A stretch of DNA of 64,000 nt from Candidatus Multivoradales bacterium. Its GTDB lineage: Bacteria; Acidobacteriota; Thermoanaerobaculia; Multivoradales; Multivoraceae. Of the stretch, positions 20,704 to 31,374 are shown one piece after another (within the stretch, counting starts at the first letter, position 1; each line of letters begins with the position of its first letter). The DNA lies in assembly GCA_965223325.1 (NCBI GenBank), contig CBDCWI010000002.1, forward strand, positions 1,952,001-2,016,000, read 5' to 3'. Made by a program: the position numbers and the translations under genes. The notes beneath the pieces were generated by a model, which saw nothing but the letters and a program-made list of their open reading frames with translations, searched no databases and was not told the origin of the DNA.

Positions 20704-21052
20704 TCAGCCGTCGAGCTCAGCGACGAGAGACTTTGGGGCCTGCAATCGATAGCTCTCGTCCACCCTCAGGGGGAAGCTCGTCGGGTTCGAATCTGAGAGT
20801 CGTCCAGCCCGCCTTGCCTACTCCCCAGCTCCCGGAGCGGGCGCTCGCCAGCACCTGGGCTTCCTCCATCGATGGGCCAAGCTTCACCATGACGTTGTAG
20901 CCCTTGTCGTTCTCGCCGAGGAAAAGAAAACTCTTCTTCCGAGCCTTGAAACTCCGTTTGACGCAAGAGTCGCCCTCGGCCACCTCGGGATAGCTCAATG
21001 CCTGTTTCCGCAGCTTGCGGACGACCTTGTTCTTGAAACGCTCGGTTGACAT
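20704..21052 (-). pseudogene. MmcQ/YjbR-family protein with a frameshift near the C-terminus
   Basis: ALSYPEVAEG...FKARKKSFLFLG...VMVKL...GKAGWTT. The expected family tail VDESYRLQAPKSLVAELDG* lies in another frame beyond about 20765. Confidence 0.65.
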
Positions 21053-21202
21053 CCAGCCAGCCTACACAAGCGTCAGCAGGTGCTTCCTGCCGCGCGCCCT
21101 CCCCTTTCTGCCGGTGTGGTGTCCCTCGGTTGGCACGCCGCAAACGCTACAGTGCTGGCCAGGAAAACCCCTACGACAACCGGCGGTCAGAAGGAGAACG
21201 AT

Positions 21203-22117
21203 GTGACGGAATGGAATCTCGCGTTCGACGGCAAGAGCACAGCTGACGATGTGCTGGCCGATCTCGACCTGAGCGGCAAGACTGCCATCGTAACGGGCGC
21301 CAATGTCGGCATCGGCTTTGAAACCGCACGCGCCCTCGCCGCGAAGGGGGCACACGTGGTTCTGGCGTGTCGCAGCGAGCCCAAGGGGGAAAAGGCACGC
21401 GGCGAGATTCTGGGGCGACACCCGCTGGCGCGAGTGTCGGTCAAGGCCCTCGATCTGAGCTCCCTCGACAGCGTCCGGCATTTCGCCAACGACCTGACGG
21501 GAGAAGCTTCCCTCGAGTCGATCGACATGCTGATTTGCAACGCCGGACGGTTCGGCGGTGGCTACAGCGAGACCCGGGAAGGTCACGAGATGACCGTCGG
21601 GGTTTGCCATATCGCGCACTTCCTCCTGGTGCAGCTGTTGCTTGAGCGAGTGGTCAGAGCGCATGGCCGGGTGGTCATGGTCTCTTCCGAGTCTCACCGA
21701 AACCCCAAGACCCTCGACTTCGACAACTTCCCGCTCAGTCGGTCGAACTACTCGGACCTGGTTGCCTATGGCCAGGCCAAGTTGTGCAACGTCCTGATGG
21801 CGAAAGAGCTCCAACGTCGCTTCAGCGCGTCAGGCATCACCGCCTACTCGTTGCACCCCGGCACCCTGGTTCCCACCGCCATTGGGCGCAACTCAATCCT
21901 CGCCAAGGTACTGATCCAGGTGGTGCGTCCTTTCACCAAGGGCCTCGGCCAGGGGGCCGCAACCAGCGTGTTGTGCGCTGCCCATCCGGAAGCCGAGAGG
22001 GCGGCCGGCGAGTACTTCTCGAACTGCCGCCCAGTGCGCTCGAGCCGCGAGTCTTGTGACCAAGGGGCGGCCGCGAAGCTATGGCAAGTCAGCGAGAAGT
22101 GGGTAGCGGCCGAGTAG
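21203..22117 (+). CDS. Short-chain dehydrogenase/reductase (retinol dehydrogenase/WWOX-like)
   Basis: TGANVGIG, CNAG, VSSESH, YGQAK, SLHPG; GTG start after AAGGAG. Confidence 0.88.
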   Translation: MTEWNLAFDGKSTADDVLADLDLSGKTAIVTGANVGIGFETARALAAKGAHVVLACRSEPKGEKARGEILGRHPLARVSVKALDLSSLDSVRHFANDLTGEASLESIDMLICNAGRFGGGYSETREGHEMTVGVCHIAHFLLVQLLLERVVRAHGRVVMVSSESHRNPKTLDFDNFPLSRSNYSDLVAYGQAKLCNVLMAKELQRRFSASGITAYSLHPGTLVPTAIGRNSILAKVLIQVVRPFTKGLGQGAATSVLCAAHPEAERAAGEYFSNCRPVRSSRESCDQGAAAKLWQVSEKWVAAE

Positions 22118-22169
22118 CGGGTCGGGCCGCGGCCTGCAGCACGATTGCAGCGCAGCGTCATCGATTGCT

Positions 22170-23630
22170 TCAGCGAAGAACCTCGCGGACGACCTCACCG
22201 TGCACATCCGTCAGGCGAAAGTCACGCCCCTGGTGCTGGTAGGTCAAGCGCTCGTGGTCGATTCCCAACAGGTGCAGGATGGTGGCGTTCAGATCGTGGA
22301 CGTGAACTCCCCCATCGACGATGTTGTAGCCGAAGTCGTCTGAGCTGCCGTAGCTCATGCCTGGTTTTGTGCCGGCACCGGCCATGAAAACGGTGAAGCA
22401 GCGGCCATGGTGGTCACGCCCGTAGTTGGTGTCGGTCAGCTTGCCCTGGCAGTAGACTGTGCGACCGAACTCGCCGCCCCAGACCACCAGGGTGTCTTCG
22501 AGCAGGCCGCGCTCCTCGAGATCTTTCACCAGGGCCGCGCTGGCGCGGTCGACGTCACGGCACTGGAGTCGCAAATCACTCGGCAGATCCCCGTGCTGGT
22601 CCCAACCGCGGTGGTAGAGCTGGATGAACCGAACATCACGCTCGGCCAGGCGCCGGGCCAAGACACAGTTCGCAGCGAATGTTCCAGGTGTGCGGGCATC
22701 TTCGCCGTAGAGGCTGAATGTGCTCTCGGGCTCGTCGCTCAAATCCACCAACCCGGGCACGGACGCCTGCATGCGATAGGCCATCTCGTACTGGGCAATA
22801 CGGGCCAGGATCTCGGGGTCGCCGAACGCGTCGTGCTGCTGCTGGTTGAGTTCTGCCAGCGCGTCGAGCATGCGCCGCCGTGACTGGCGGTCGATGCCTG
22901 GTGGATCGGAGAGGTAGAGCACTGGGTCCGCGGCCGAACGCAACTGCACCCCTTGATGCTCAGAAGGCAGGAACCCCGTACCCCACAGACGTTGGAAGAG
23001 TGCCTGCGACTCGCGCTTCGAGCTGCCTTGCGAAATCAGGACGATGAAGCCGGGCAGGTCTTCATTCTCGCTGCCAAGTCCGTAGCTCAACCAGGCGCCC
23101 AGACTCGGACGGCCGGGTTGTTGGTGGCCGGTCTGGAGGAAGGTGATTCCTGGATCGTGATTGATCGCTTCGGTGTTCATGGCCTTGAGAAAGCACAGTT
23201 TGTCGACCACTCCTGCGACGTTGGGCATGAGCTCACTGACCCAGGCGCCACTCTCGCCGTGCTGCGCGAACTCGAAGTTGGATGCGACGACCGGAAACTC
23301 CGCCTGGTTGGCGGTCATGCCAGTGACCCGCTGATCGCCTCTGATCGAGGCCGGCAGTTCGGTGCCATGCCGTTGTCTGAGTTGGGGCTTGTAGTCGAAC
23401 AGGTCGAGCTGCGACGGAGCACCCGACTGAAACAAATAGATGACCCGTTTGGCCCTGGGCGGATGATGGAAAGAGCCGAGGCTTCCGCGTGGACCGTCCG
23501 AGGCGGAGGCCTCGAGGCCGCCAGGCAGGAGGTAGGACAGCGCGGCGACGCCGATACCGGCACTCGACAGGCCAAAGAACTGCCGACGATTGATCAGGAG
23601 TGAGCCTTCGAGGCGTGGGTCGTGGGTCAT
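22170..23630 (-). CDS. DUF1501-family protein with Tat signal
   Basis: NRRQFF Tat motif; [41 protein letters not shown]. Confidence 0.88.
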   Translation of the reverse strand: MTHDPRLEGSLLINRRQFFGLSSAGIGVAALSYLLPGGLEASASDGPRGSLGSFHHPPRAKRVIYLFQSGAPSQLDLFDYKPQLRQRHGTELPASIRGDQRVTGMTANQAEFPVVASNFEFAQHGESGAWVSELMPNVAGVVDKLCFLKAMNTEAINHDPGITFLQTGHQQPGRPSLGAWLSYGLGSENEDLPGFIVLISQGSSKRESQALFQRLWGTGFLPSEHQGVQLRSAADPVLYLSDPPGIDRQSRRRMLDALAELNQQQHDAFGDPEILARIAQYEMAYRMQASVPGLVDLSDEPESTFSLYGEDARTPGTFAANCVLARRLAERDVRFIQLYHRGWDQHGDLPSDLRLQCRDVDRASAALVKDLEERGLLEDTLVVWGGEFGRTVYCQGKLTDTNYGRDHHGRCFTVFMAGAGTKPGMSYGSSDDFGYNIVDGGVHVHDLNATILHLLGIDHERLTYQHQGRDFRLTDVHGEVVREVLR

Positions 23631-23674
23631 GGTAGGCGGTGCTCCGTCAGCGGGCGATCGACTCCGCGAAGGTT

Positions 23675-26600
23675 CTACGGGCGATTCAACGTTTCGTCGA
23701 GGTTTAGGATGACGCTGGCCACCAGGGTCCAGGCAGCGAGTTCGACCGACGGCAAGTCGTCGGGGACCGCCGAATCGCCCACGTCGAGCAACTCTTCGGC
23801 AGCGCCAGGTGTGCTCTCGAAGTGTGCGAGTTGAACGGCTCTGAGCCTGCGCAGGGTTGCCACCTCTTTCTCGCTTGGCGGCCGCGACAAGACGATTTCG
23901 AAGGCCATTCGGAAGCGCTCCTCGTCGCCGGCGGGGCCTTCACTCAGCAGACGCTCGGCGAGCCCTCGCGCCGCCTCGACGTACTGCGGGTCGTTGAGCA
24001 GAGTCAGAGCTTGGAGTGGCGTGTTCGAAATCCCCCGCTTGACCGTACAGGTCTCGCGGTTCGGTGCGTCGAAGACCAGCATGTTGGGCGGCGGCACAGT
24101 GCGTTTCCAGAAGGTGTACAGGCTGCGTCGGTACAGATCTTCGCCCTCGCCTTGGGTGAACTCACTCGCCGAGAAGCGCCCGTCACTCTCGTAGCCGATC
24201 TCCTTCCACAAGCCCGGCGGCTGATACGGGTTGACTCCCGGCCCGCCGAGTTTCTCGACCAGGAGGTCCGCGTAGACCAGAGCACTGTCGCGAAGCACCT
24301 CGGCGTCGAGTCGGAAGCGCGATGCGCGCGCCAGCAGGCGATTCTCCGGATCGCGCTGCAGCAACTGTGGCGACACCGCAGCACTCTGGCGATAGGTCGC
24401 GGAGGTCACAATCAGACGTTGCAGCGCTTTCATATCCCACCCTGATGCGACGAACTCGGTTGCCAGCCAGTCGAGGAGTCCAGGATGCGAGGGCGCCTGG
24501 CCCTGGGTGCCGAAGTCCTCACTGGTCTTGACGAGTCCATGACCGAAAAAGCGCTGCCAAAGGCGGTTGACGGTGACGCGAGCGGTGAGCGGGTGCTGGG
24601 GGTCCACCAGCCAGCGGGCGAGGTCGAGGCGGGTGGCATTCGCACCATCGGCCACCGGTATCGACGGCAGAACAGCGGGCGTTGTCGCATGAACCTGCTC
24701 CCCAAGAAGGTCGTACTGGCCCCGCTCGAGGAGAAAGGTCGGGCGCGCCTTCTCTCGTTCCGCCATCACCATCGTCGTAGGGATGCTGGCGTCTAGCTCC
24801 TCGAGCTCCGCTTCGAGTGCCGCGAAGCGTTTCTCCTCGTTCGCGAAGCCGGGCCAGAGGTTGCGCCGGTAGTGACGGCGAAGACGGTTGGCTTCTTCCT
24901 CTGTCAGCTGCTCGTCACTTGTGGTGAGTAGCGTCTCGAGGGCGAAAGGGAGGACACCAGAGGTCTCCTGCTCGAGCACTGCTCGAAAGGGGGAACGCTC
25001 CGCAGGGTCCGTCGTCTCGGTCCAGATCTCGGCGAAGAGGTGATTGGCTCCGGATTCGAGATGTAGATCGAGGCGCCCCGCCCGGCAGTCCTCCTGATCG
25101 GGCTCTTCCTTCTCCGCCTCAGGCGCACTCTTCACCAGAGATCTGGACTTCGGCGGGCAGCTCGCCACCGGCTCGCCGTTGAGCCAGAACCGGTAGCCAT
25201 CTGCGGCGATCGAGAGAGTCGAAGTGCGCTCGGACGGAGCGTCGATCAGGCGGTAGAGCCTGGTGGTTCCGGGCGGAAAGAAGATCTCGGCTTCGAACGG
25301 ATCTCGAGCGTCCTCGGTCGCGAGCATCGCCGCAGCTGGCACCCAGACGAGTCGGCCGTCGTCGTAGCGTGCCTCGAGATCAGGCACGCCCGGCGCGTTC
25401 TCGGGCGGCTCGAAGTCGGGGTAAGGGCCACTCCAAGACCAGCCCGAGCGTTCACCAAGGGCCAAAGCTGGGTCATTCGAAAGCGCCAGCCGAAAACGGC
25501 CGATGACGCGCTGGGCGAACTGGGAGTTGTGGTGCAAACGCACTCGAATGCGTGAACCGGCAGGTGCGTCGAAGGGTTCCTGTGCAAAAAAGACCGCGAC
25601 ACGCTTGGTCTCCTTGCCGGCGAAATCGGCTGACCAGCCCGTCGTTTCGCCCTCGTCGATGGCTAGGGCGACAGGTGTTGCGGGATGGCGGTGATCGGCC
25701 ATGGCAAAGGCGAATTCGATCGGCTCACCGAAGGGCTCACCCGGCATCGCCACCGCGACCTCGAACGTCGTCAGGGTGAACGTGCCTTCTCCAACCGACC
25801 GGCCAATCCCGCCTTCGGGCAACCGGTCGTCGCGAAGAGCCTCGAGGCGAAGAGCACGAATGCCGGTCGCGGAGACATCTGCGATGACCTCGAGTGTGTC
25901 AGTGTCAGGGTTGGGACCGACAACCAGAACCGAGCCGTCGGCTCTGTACTCGAACTCCGCCCCGTTCTCTGAGACCAGCTCGCCGGGAACGATGGACTGC
26001 CAGCGCCTCGAGAGCTCGCGCTGCCAATCCTTTCGCCACTGCTCCATCGCGCGGTCGACCTCAGGCTTCGGGTCGTCGAGCAGGCTGTAGAGCGGAGCGA
26101 GGTCTTCGAGCAGGCGGTTACGGGCGAGCTGCTGCGCCTCGTCGGGCGCAAGCAGGTACGGCTCAGCGTTCCCGTCCATCCCGTCCAGGCCTTCTTCATC
26201 GATCGAGTTGAAGAAGGCCGCCAGCTGGTAGTACTCGAGCTGCGAGATCGGGTCGTACTTGTGGTCGTGGCACTTGGCGCAGCCGACGGTCATGCCGAGC
26301 CACACGGTCGCTGTCGTATCGACACGATCGAAGACGTACTGGGTTCGGTATTCCTCGGGTATCGCACCACCCTCGAAGTTGATCATGTGGTTGCGGTGAA
26401 ACCCGGTGGCCACGAGCTGCTCGTGCGTTGGCTCAGGCAACAGGTCGCCCGCTAACTGATCGATCGTGAACTGGTCGAAAGGCTGGTTGTCGTTGAAGGC
26501 GTCGATCACCCACTCACGCCAGCGCCACATGAACCGCTCGTTGTCGATGTGGTACCCATTGGTGTCGGCGTAGCGCGCCGCATCGAGCCAGTAGCGCGCA

Positions 26601-27715
26601 GCATGCTCACCGTAGCGCGGCGATGCCAACAGCCGATCCACGAGTCGCTCGTAGGCGTCTGCGCGCAAGTCGCCGAGGAAGACCTCGACCTCGCCTGTGG
26701 TTGGAGGCAGCCCTGTCAGGTCGAGGCTGAGCCGACGGATGAGAGTCCGACGGCTGGCTTCAGGTGACGGGCTGAGCCCCTCATCGTGGAGTCGCGCGAG
26801 GACGAACCTGTCGATGGGATTGCGCACGCCGGCATCGTTAGCCAGAGTTGGCGGTCGGGGCCGCTCGGGCGGCACGAAGGCCCAGTGTGGTTGCCACTCT
26901 GCACCTTGCAGAATGAAGGCCGCCAGCTGCTCGACTTCGCGGTCGCTGAGCTGGTGTTCTGGCCCCTCGGCGGGAGGCATGCGGTCTCTGGGATCGAGCG
27001 CTGCAATACGGTGGAAAAGCTGGCTGCTGGCGAGATCGCCAGGGGTGACGGCACGACGCCCCGAAGGCAGGACCGCAAGAGCACCTTCTCGGGTGTCGAG
27101 GCGAAGGCCAGCCTCACGCGCCTCTTCATCAGGCCCATGGCATTCGTAGCAGTGCTTGGAAAGAAGCGGTCTGACGTGCTGGTTGAAGCTCACCGGCTCG
27201 GCCGCCTCGAAGTCGCTCACTGCAAGGTGGGTGACCCGTGGCACCTCACGCGCCGAAACCCTTACCGCGGCTTTCAGTTCATGGCCTGGACCGTCCGGCC
27301 ACAGCGCTCCGGCGTCGAGCCAGGCAGAAAGAGTGGCGATTTCTGCATCTTCGAGCGGCCGTGGCGGTGGCATCTCCAGCCCACCGTCGCGAAGCACCGC
27401 CTGAAACAGCAGCGACTCACTGGCCGACCCCGGAACGATGGCGGGGCCGCTCTCACCTCCCACTAGCATCGCCGGCCTGGAATCGAGGCGGAGCCCGCCG
27501 CGCTGACGAAGCGGGCCATGGCAAGCGAAACAGTTGCGCTCGAGGATGGGTGCTACCTGGGCGGCAAAGAACGCTTCATCGGAAGCCGGGCGAGGTTCCT
27601 GAGCCATCGGCACACCAGCGACTCCTGCGATGAGGAGCAGCAGGGCAAAGACGACCGCTCGCCACGGGCAGGGATCCTGGCCCGAGAGGATGAGTTGGTT
27701 CGAGGGTCGCGGCAT
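23675..27715 (-). CDS. Planctomycete-type cytochrome c / DUF1549 / DUF1553 domain protein
   Basis: Heme motifs [21 protein letters not shown]; [12 protein letters not shown]; [14 protein letters not shown]; [11 protein letters not shown]; TPLQAL.LLND; signal peptide. Confidence 0.88.
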   Translation of the reverse strand: MPRPSNQLILSGQDPCPWRAVVFALLLLIAGVAGVPMAQEPRPASDEAFFAAQVAPILERNCFACHGPLRQRGGLRLDSRPAMLVGGESGPAIVPGSASESLLFQAVLRDGGLEMPPPRPLEDAEIATLSAWLDAGALWPDGPGHELKAAVRVSAREVPRVTHLAVSDFEAAEPVSFNQHVRPLLSKHCYECHGPDEEAREAGLRLDTREGALAVLPSGRRAVTPGDLASSQLFHRIAALDPRDRMPPAEGPEHQLSDREVEQLAAFILQGAEWQPHWAFVPPERPRPPTLANDAGVRNPIDRFVLARLHDEGLSPSPEASRRTLIRRLSLDLTGLPPTTGEVEVFLGDLRADAYERLVDRLLASPRYGEHAARYWLDAARYADTNGYHIDNERFMWRWREWVIDAFNDNQPFDQFTIDQLAGDLLPEPTHEQLVATGFHRNHMINFEGGAIPEEYRTQYVFDRVDTTATVWLGMTVGCAKCHDHKYDPISQLEYYQLAAFFNSIDEEGLDGMDGNAEPYLLAPDEAQQLARNRLLEDLAPLYSLLDDPKPEVDRAMEQWRKDWQRELSRRWQSIVPGELVSENGAEFEYRADGSVLVVGPNPDTDTLEVIADVSATGIRALRLEALRDDRLPEGGIGRSVGEGTFTLTTFEVAVAMPGEPFGEPIEFAFAMADHRHPATPVALAIDEGETTGWSADFAGKETKRVAVFFAQEPFDAPAGSRIRVRLHHNSQFAQRVIGRFRLALSNDPALALGERSGWSWSGPYPDFEPPENAPGVPDLEARYDDGRLVWVPAAAMLATEDARDPFEAEIFFPPGTTRLYRLIDAPSERTSTLSIAADGYRFWLNGEPVASCPPKSRSLVKSAPEAEKEEPDQEDCRAGRLDLHLESGANHLFAEIWTETTDPAERSPFRAVLEQETSGVLPFALETLLTTSDEQLTEEEANRLRRHYRRNLWPGFANEEKRFAALEAELEELDASIPTTMVMAEREKARPTFLLERGQYDLLGEQVHATTPAVLPSIPVADGANATRLDLARWLVDPQHPLTARVTVNRLWQRFFGHGLVKTSEDFGTQGQAPSHPGLLDWLATEFVASGWDMKALQRLIVTSATYRQSAAVSPQLLQRDPENRLLARASRFRLDAEVLRDSALVYADLLVEKLGGPGVNPYQPPGLWKEIGYESDGRFSASEFTQGEGEDLYRRSLYTFWKRTVPPPNMLVFDAPNRETCTVKRGISNTPLQALTLLNDPQYVEAARGLAERLLSEGPAGDEERFRMAFEIVLSRPPSEKEVATLRRLRAVQLAHFESTPGAAEELLDVGDSAVPDDLPSVELAAWTLVASVILNLDETLNRP

Positions 27716-28005
27716 GGCTGGAGAGTCCTAACAGGGTTCGAGATGACTGGCTGTCAAGTACCTCGAATCTACAACCAGGGGCTTCACTCCAGCCATTCAC
27801 CTCGCCGCCGCTCGACCAGGGCCCTCTTCGCTCTCAGCTTCAGCTGCACTCGGTTCACCTTCTCCCATGAGCTTCGTAGCCGCTCACCGGCTGGTTCAGC
27901 AGGATGACATGAGTGCCGAACTTCTCCGACGAGATCCGGCAGGTTGCATTGGCTCTTGCTGGCTTGGGGGGTCGTCATCGGAACCACTATGGGCGGTCAA
28001 GAAGT

Positions 28006-28614
28006 TCACAGCTCGCCGTGAACAACGGACGTCGTAGGAACGGTGTCGGTGGCGCCGCCTTTGCCCTCCAGACCGGGAGCGAGGAGGTCCTCGAGAAAGA
28101 ACGCGGAGAGCTCGGCCCGACCGCTCAGCCCGGACTTTCGGTAGACGGCAATCGAGTGTTGACGGGCCGTACGCTCGCTCTTGCCCGTCAATCGAGCAAT
28201 CTCCTTGTGGCTCAGCCCCTTGAGCAGCAGGACGGCGGCTTGCCGCTCGGCCGGGGTCAGCCCCCAATCGCGGAGCTGTCGATCGATCTCTTCACCCAGG
28301 CCAACTACCAGTTTGCGGGCACGAGCCCGCCACAAATCGCGCTCTTTCAGGTGCCGCTCAAGCGTTGCCGAGGCGAACTCGAGCGACTGCCGTGCGCCAT
28401 GCCAGGCACGCCACAGGTAACTCGCTGTTCCCAGGCTCAGTAGCATGATCGTGACCTCGAACAGCACATGGAACGAAAAGATCGTGTCGGGGTTGTCGAA
28501 CGCGAGGTCGACGACACCGCCAATCGCAATCGCGCTCAACAGAGCGGCCAGCAGCAGGTAGAGACGAGCCGGTTCGGTGTGACGATCCACAGAAACCTCG
28601 CAGAGCCGGACCAT
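28006..28614 (-). CDS. Membrane-anchored LuxR-family (GerE HTH) transcriptional regulator
   Basis: Two N-terminal TM helices, then WGLTPAERQAAVLLLKGLSHKEIA...SERTARQH...YRKSG...RAEL.AFFLEDL. No receiver domain. Start codon uncertain. Confidence 0.82.
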   Translation of the reverse strand: MVRLCEVSVDRHTEPARLYLLLAALLSAIAIGGVVDLAFDNPDTIFSFHVLFEVTIMLLSLGTASYLWRAWHGARQSLEFASATLERHLKERDLWRARARKLVVGLGEEIDRQLRDWGLTPAERQAAVLLLKGLSHKEIARLTGKSERTARQHSIAVYRKSGLSGRAELSAFFLEDLLAPGLEGKGGATDTVPTTSVVHGEL

Positions 28615-28629
28615 AGGTCATTTGACGGA
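28614..28629. promoter_or_regulatory. Candidate LuxR/NarL-type operator
   Basis: TAGGTCA-TT-TGACGGA, with palindromic core GTCA-TT-TGAC, between the divergent luxR and efflux genes. Confidence 0.4.
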
Positions 28630-28762
28630 GCCCCAGAAACTGGTCGTTTCCCAGGGACAGCTAGAGCGCTTGGCGGATTCCCCATTGTAGGCCACGCATC
28701 TAACCTGCATTGATCCTTGGGACCACCGGTCCCCTGGGTTCAACGACCAATCGTGCCCGAAG

Positions 28763-30154
28763 ATGACGTCCCCGCCGAAACCGAAACCGAAACCGAGCCC
28801 GGTCCGGGCTGCGACCGTGCTCTTCTGTCTCGGTACCACGACAGCCGGCCTGGCGCTTGGCTCGTCGAACGAAGGGGCTCCTACGATCGCCCCTGCCGCG
28901 CTCGACGCCGCTCAGCCGGTTGGTGCAGCGCAGGCCCTGGACGCCCTGATGACACGTGCTCGGCAGAGCAACCTCGCGAGGTACCGCGCCGCCCACCTCG
29001 ATCTCGAACGAGCCGAGCGCGCACTCATGACGACAGTCGACCCCTCTCACCTCGAACTGCAATCCGAGGGGCTCGGAGATTCCCTTTCCCGAGAGCCCAA
29101 CGCGATCGACACCATTCGTTGGATCCGCCCGGTCGCGGCTCCGTGGCGGGCTCCTGCCCGCCGCGACGCGCGAACAGCTCTCGAGCGTTGGCACCGTGCC
29201 GAAAGCCAGCTGAGGGCGACAGACGTAGCAGCCGAGGTTGCCGACCTGTGGTTGAACTGGGCCGCCCACCAGGCCAATTTGAAGGTGCGAGAAGATCGGT
29301 TGCAGCGCATTGAGCGAGCGCTGCGGGTTTTTGAGGCACGATTCGAACGCGGCGAGGTCGCGGGTACCGAGGTCCGTCAGCTCGAAGCACAACGAGCGGA
29401 AGACTTGGCAGCCGTGCTCGAAGAACGGCTGCGGAGCAACGAACATCGCCTTACGCTCGAAAGCTGGCTGGCCGTTCCGCCACCACCACCCCGGCCCTAT
29501 AGCCTCTCCCAGTTGCAGGGCTGGCTCGAGGCCACGATTCGCCAGGACCACTCGGAGTCCCGCCCCTCGCAGCAGATCGAGCGCATCCAGGCGCGCGCCG
29601 ATCTCGATCAAGCACTGGCCCGCTTGCGCGAGAAAACCGCCTCGGGGAACCCTGCCGTCACGCTCGAGTTCGAACGGATCCCGGCGCTCGATGGCGCTCG
29701 TGCGGTCGAAGCACTGGGAGTTCAGGTCAGCATTCCGCTGTCTTTCGGGCGCGACGTGCGCGAGCGAAGAGGCGCGGCCCGACGCAACGCCGACCTGGCC
29801 GCAGTGACGGCATCCAGGAGTCAGGCCGCGCTAGCGCGTGACCTGGAGCTATGGAGTTCGCGGCGCGTCTCTGCCGCCGAGGGATTAAAGGACCTCCGAT
29901 CCGCCGTCGAGCGTCTCCCGCGCACGGAGCACTCGCTCTCCGAGCAGTTCCGCCTCGGTGCCATCACCTACGTCGTCTTTCTCGACGGCCTCGCCAGGCT
30001 CGACGACGTTCGTCTGCGCGAGATCGAACTCCAGACCCTGTTCTTGCGATCTAGCATCGCGCTCGCCCGTCTCAGCGGAAATGCCAGCCACTTTCCACTG
30101 GGTCCGTTCGACCCGACGTCCGGATCTCGATCCGCACCTGAGGAGAAGCCATGA
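28763..30154 (+). CDS. TolC/CzcC-family outer membrane efflux protein
   Basis: Helical OEP-like repeats (ARFERGEV, EQFRLGAITYVVFLD), GVQVSIPL; first gene of an RND operon. Confidence 0.75.
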   Translation: MTSPPKPKPKPSPVRAATVLFCLGTTTAGLALGSSNEGAPTIAPAALDAAQPVGAAQALDALMTRARQSNLARYRAAHLDLERAERALMTTVDPSHLELQSEGLGDSLSREPNAIDTIRWIRPVAAPWRAPARRDARTALERWHRAESQLRATDVAAEVADLWLNWAAHQANLKVREDRLQRIERALRVFEARFERGEVAGTEVRQLEAQRAEDLAAVLEERLRSNEHRLTLESWLAVPPPPPRPYSLSQLQGWLEATIRQDHSESRPSQQIERIQARADLDQALARLREKTASGNPAVTLEFERIPALDGARAVEALGVQVSIPLSFGRDVRERRGAARRNADLAAVTASRSQAALARDLELWSSRRVSAAEGLKDLRSAVERLPRTEHSLSEQFRLGAITYVVFLDGLARLDDVRLREIELQTLFLRSSIALARLSGNASHFPLGPFDPTSGSRSAPEEKP

Positions 30155-31374
30155 AACTCGGGAGGCCCGCGCGTGCGCTCTACTTTGCTGTGGCCGACCG
30201 CGCTGCGCTGGGACTGACCGCCATCGCCTCGAGCCTCCTGGCGATCGGGCTCATCGGCCCGCCTTCGGCTGGCCAGGGCTCGCCCTCTCGAACCATCGAG
30301 CTGAATTCCACTGAACTCGAGCGTGCTGGAATCGTGACCACGGCCGTGAGGGCTAATGACTCCCAGCGCATCGTACGCGTGGTCGGCCAGGTCGTGCGAT
30401 CGCCGGACGCTACTCACGCGGTGCGCAGCCCGGTCGAGGGTCGCGTCGAGAGTCTCCTCGTCACTCCGGGCACCGTTGTTCGCCGAGGGCAGCTCTTGAT
30501 GACGCTGCACTCGCACCGTGTGCACGAAGTCTCAGCGAATCTGAGACTCGCAAAGAGCGAGCTCGAGATCGCGCGCAACCGCCTCGAAGCCGGTCGCCAA
30601 CTCCTCGAACTAGAGGGGATCAGTCGTCTCGAGCTCGAGAGGCGGGAGCAGGAGGCTCTTCGTGCGGACCTTGCCGTCCAGGCCCTGGTCGTCGATATGG
30701 AAGACGTGGGACTGACTCGCGAAGAGATCGACGCCATGTCCGTTGGGTCGCTCCATGGCGAGCTTCCCGTACGCGCCCGAGTCGCAGGAACCGTGCTCGA
30801 TCTGCACGTTGCCACCGAAGCCAGGGTGCTGCCGTGGGAGCCGCTTCTGTCGATCGGCAAGTCGGAGAGCCTGGAACTCGATCTCCAGGTGCAGCCGAGT
30901 CTCTCGCAGGGAATTCGGCCTGGAGATCAGATGCGATTCGCACCGGTCGGTAGCGAAGCCTGCTGCGACGCAGTGGTCCTGACACGGATTCCACAGGTCG
31001 ATCCGACCACCCGAACGGTCAAGGTGCGCGCACAGGTGACCGGCTCCACGACGGGCCTGGTGGCCGGCATGTTCGTCGAAGGCAAGCTGACCAGCAGTGG
31101 TCCGGGACGAGCGGGGCAGTCCTCCGCAACTCTTGTGCCCGCCGGCGCCATCCTTCGACTCGATGGCGAGGACGTCGCGTTCGTGCTCGAAAGGCCCGGA
31201 AGATTCAGACCGACGCCGGTTGAGGCCGGCGCGTTCGACGGCACGCACTACCAGATCAACAACGGTCTATCGGTCGGGCAACAAGTCGTTGTCGAAGGCA
31301 CCTTCCTTCTCAAGTCGAAACTTCTGCGCGACGCGAGTGCGGAAGGTGACGCCGGCCGTGGAGACCCACCGTGA
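30151..31374 (+). CDS. RND efflux periplasmic adaptor (CzcB/CusB-like)
   Basis: VRSPVEGRV...PG..VRRGQLL, VDPTTRTVKVRA, GL..GQQVVVEG.FLLKS; ATGA overlap with the upstream gene. Confidence 0.85.
   Translation: MKLGRPARALYFAVADRAALGLTAIASSLLAIGLIGPPSAGQGSPSRTIELNSTELERAGIVTTAVRANDSQRIVRVVGQVVRSPDATHAVRSPVEGRVESLLVTPGTVVRRGQLLMTLHSHRVHEVSANLRLAKSELEIARNRLEAGRQLLELEGISRLELERREQEALRADLAVQALVVDMEDVGLTREEIDAMSVGSLHGELPVRARVAGTVLDLHVATEARVLPWEPLLSIGKSESLELDLQVQPSLSQGIRPGDQMRFAPVGSEACCDAVVLTRIPQVDPTTRTVKVRAQVTGSTTGLVAGMFVEGKLTSSGPGRAGQSSATLVPAGAILRLDGEDVAFVLERPGRFRPTPVEAGAFDGTHYQINNGLSVGQQVVVEGTFLLKSKLLRDASAEGDAGRGDPP

Noticed and set aside
27784-27987. 67-aa ORF as a c-type cytochrome
   Set aside because: RHSCH is not CxxCH and there is no signal peptide; coding status is uncertain.
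28775-28797. (CCGAAA)x3 tandem repeat as a phase-variation or CRISPR-like element
   Set aside because: Only three 6-bp in-frame units encoding PKPKPK, with no spacers; length change would not shift the frame.
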